Origin: Longimicrobiales bacterium
Lineage (GTDB): Bacteria > Gemmatimonadota > Gemmatimonadetes > Longimicrobiales > Gaopeijiaceae
DNA: 64,000 nucleotides
NCBI GenBank assembly: GCA_965206105.1
Contig: OZ242201.1
Span: forward strand, 588,852 to 652,851
Direction of reading: 5' to 3'
The notes beneath the pieces are model-generated. The model searched no databases and was not told where the DNA came from. It saw only the letters and a program-made list of their open reading frames with translations. Both the position numbers and the translations under genes were made by a program. Positions 62,310-64,000 of the stretch are shown piece after piece (positions within the stretch are counted from its first letter, which is position 1; every line of letters starts with the position of its first letter).

Positions 62310-63284
62310 ATGGTCGAATCCACGTTTCGCGCCTTTCGCGCACCGCTCCTTCTCTTCGCGACACTCCTGTGTGCCTCCTGCGGCGGTGGGCACCTCCTTG
62401 GCGGGGACGGGCCGCGGGGCGCGCCCAAGGTCCTCCTGTTCGGGATCGACGGGGTGCGGCCCGACGTGCTCGCCGAGGTGGCCACGCCGAACATCGACGC
62501 CCTGGCGGCGGCCGGCTGGTACACCGCGCAGGCCCGCACCACCAACCCGTCGGTCAGCGGCCCGTCCTGGTCCTCGATGCTGACCGGGGTGTGGCCCGAG
62601 AAGCACGGAGTCACCAACAACGCCTTCACGGGACGTGATTACGCGACCTATCCCTCGTTCCTGACGCGGGTCGAGGCGGCGCGCCCCGAGCTGGCCACCT
62701 TCGCGGCGCTCGACTGGGTCCCCCTCGCGGAGCTCGACAGGGTCTCCCTCGCGGAGCTGGAGGACGACTCCGGCCCCGTCCTCCCGGCTGCGATCGACGT
62801 GCGGGAGGTGGTCAACGGCTACGATCTCGGCTGGGCGGAGGCGGACGGCGAGATCGCTGCGCGCGCGGCCCGGCACCTGACCGAGGCCGACCCCGACGCG
62901 ATGTTCGTCTACTTCGGCAACCCCGACGAGACCAGCCACCGGCACGGCTCGATCGGTGCCGAATACCGGGACGCGATCGCGCTGTCCGACAGCCATGTCG
63001 GGATGGTCGTGAACGCGATGCGCGCGCGCCCCACCTTCGCCGACGAGAACTGGCTCGTCCTCATGAGCACCGACCATGGCAGGCGCGCCGACGGGGGCCA
63101 CGGCGGTGACTCGCCCGAGGAGATGATCATCTTCATCCTCGCAAGCGGCCCGGCGACGGAGGGCTGGCCGCCGCCCGGGCCCGCCTTCATCGTGGACGTC
63201 GCGGCGACGGCGCTGGCCCACCTGGGGATCGAGATCGACCCGGGCTGGGGGCTGGACGGAGTGCCGCTGGGGGGTCCCGAATGA
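62310..63284 (+). CDS. nucleotide pyrophosphatase/phosphodiesterase (alkaline phosphatase superfamily) lipoprotein
   Basis: Lipobox LLCASC. Motifs GIDGVRPD, SVSGPSWSSMLTG and STDHGR. Confidence 0.85.
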   Translation: MVESTFRAFRAPLLLFATLLCASCGGGHLLGGDGPRGAPKVLLFGIDGVRPDVLAEVATPNIDALAAAGWYTAQARTTNPSVSGPSWSSMLTGVWPEKHGVTNNAFTGRDYATYPSFLTRVEAARPELATFAALDWVPLAELDRVSLAELEDDSGPVLPAAIDVREVVNGYDLGWAEADGEIAARAARHLTEADPDAMFVYFGNPDETSHRHGSIGAEYRDAIALSDSHVGMVVNAMRARPTFADENWLVLMSTDHGRRADGGHGGDSPEEMIIFILASGPATEGWPPPGPAFIVDVAATALAHLGIEIDPGWGLDGVPLGGPE

Positions 63285-63341
63285 CCGACACGGCGATGAG
63301 CGGCGAGAAGGTGCCGGGAAAGGGGACCGAGTCCTAACGCC

Positions 63342-63671
63342 ATGCTATACGGAATCTACGGCAGCCACACCCCGGAAACCTGTCCCATCTACTTCCCCGA
63401 GTACGCCCGGGTGTTCGCGGACATTCTGGAGCGCGACCCGCAGGAGCTGGCCGACGCCTACGGCATCCACCGGATCGAGGCCCGGTATCATTCGGCGCTG
63501 GAGCACACGTTCCTCTGGGTGGTCGATGCGGACGATCCTCAACTCATCGAGACGTTTGCCGTCGAATCCGGCCTCGCCTCGTTCAATACGCTCCGGATCG
63601 TGCCGGTACACACCTTCGCCGAGACGGTGGAGCGTCTGAGGGAGAGGCACGACTTCGGAGCCAGTGGATGA
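63342..63671 (+). CDS. hypothetical protein
   Basis: 109-aa ORF with coding-like composition. No motif recognised. Confidence 0.5.
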   Translation: MLYGIYGSHTPETCPIYFPEYARVFADILERDPQELADAYGIHRIEARYHSALEHTFLWVVDADDPQLIETFAVESGLASFNTLRIVPVHTFAETVERLRERHDFGASG

Positions 63672-63685
63672 GCCCACCAGGGAAC

Positions 63686-63722
63686 GTAAAGACAACGTTA
63701 CATTTCGTAAAGCAAACATGAC
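63686..63722 (+). repeat. 37-bp AT-rich bipartite element, copy E (direct units)
   Basis: GTAAAGACAACGTTAC-ATTTC-GTAAAGCAAACATGAC. The ATG inside unit 2 opens the DinB-like ORF. Confidence 0.8.
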
Positions 63723-64000
63723 ATCGCACCGGACCCGCACCCGAATCGCCCACACCATCGAGATCTTCGACGCCGCGCGCAAGCCGCTCTTCCTGGTCCT
63801 CAACGGGATCGCGCAGGCCGACCTCGACTGGAACCCCGCGCCGGGGACGCGCGGGATCGGCAAGATCTGCCGCCACATGTACCGGGTGGACATCTGGTTC
63901 CTGAAGCGGCTGGGGATCGAGCCCGTGATCACCCACGACGCGCCGGGCACGGCGGACGAGATCGCGGGCCGGATGCGCACCATCCAGGAGCAGATCATCG
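63718..64000 (+). CDS. DinB-family protein, 3' end outside window
   Basis: Not in the ORF track because it has no stop in the window. My translation is MTSHRTRTRIAHTIEIFDAARKPLFLVLNGIAQADLDWNPAPGTRGIGKICRHMYRVDIWF..., which is DinB_2-like (DLDW.P.PG...IG.I..H). Confidence 0.65.
   Translation, partial: MTSHRTRTRIAHTIEIFDAARKPLFLVLNGIAQADLDWNPAPGTRGIGKICRHMYRVDIWFLKRLGIEPVITHDAPGTADEIAGRMRTIQEQII

Noticed and set aside
1-64000. Mobile-element hallmarks (transposase, integrase, tRNA-flanked island, IS inverted repeats) and RNA genes.
   Set aside because: I recognised none in any frame. The accessory-looking regions (TA island, giant-gene array) have no visible mobility genes or direct-repeat borders.

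Overview
This is a GC-rich bacterial chromosomal segment. My guess is a Gemmatimonadota-like environmental genome, but I cannot verify that from sequence alone. I support about 43 protein-coding genes. I found no rRNA, tRNA, CRISPR array, transposase or integrase.

Layout:
- 0.6-3.3 kb and 19.0-21.3 kb: two paralogous two-gene cassettes. Each pairs a cytochrome c domain fused to a copper monooxygenase-like domain with an exported partner protein.
- 3.6-25 kb: housekeeping and periplasmic enzymes. These are an M28 peptidase, Leu dehydrogenase, a ferredoxin, a MutS-related ATPase, a nucleotidyltransferase / Na-solute symporter / galactokinase cassette, a DUF4143 ATPase, and an exported SDR, amidohydrolase and RidA.
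- 25.3-49.7 kb: four tandem giant genes, one of them frameshifted. They encode modular surface proteins built from Calx-beta, cadherin-like, FN3, Ig-like and GH16-like domains. They also carry 18 copies of a two-cysteine repeat I cannot assign, and a shared C-terminal cassette.
- 50.4-58 kb: an amidase, two DUF3667 paralogs and a BNR/sortilin-like protein.
- 58-60 kb: three type II toxin-antitoxin modules (relE/RHH, vapBC, hicBA).
- 60-64 kb: a few further genes.

Main candidates for something new:
1. The giant-gene array, with its private repeat domain, its C-terminal cassette and clear signs of ongoing recombination.
2. A 37-bp AT-rich bipartite element found five times. Four copies sit at gene 5' ends and one sits in frame inside an ORF.
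3. The cytochrome c / PHM-like fusion cassettes.

Several apparent single-nucleotide frameshifts (giant gene 3, hicA, possibly the TPR and M28 gene starts) could be real decay or assembly indels.
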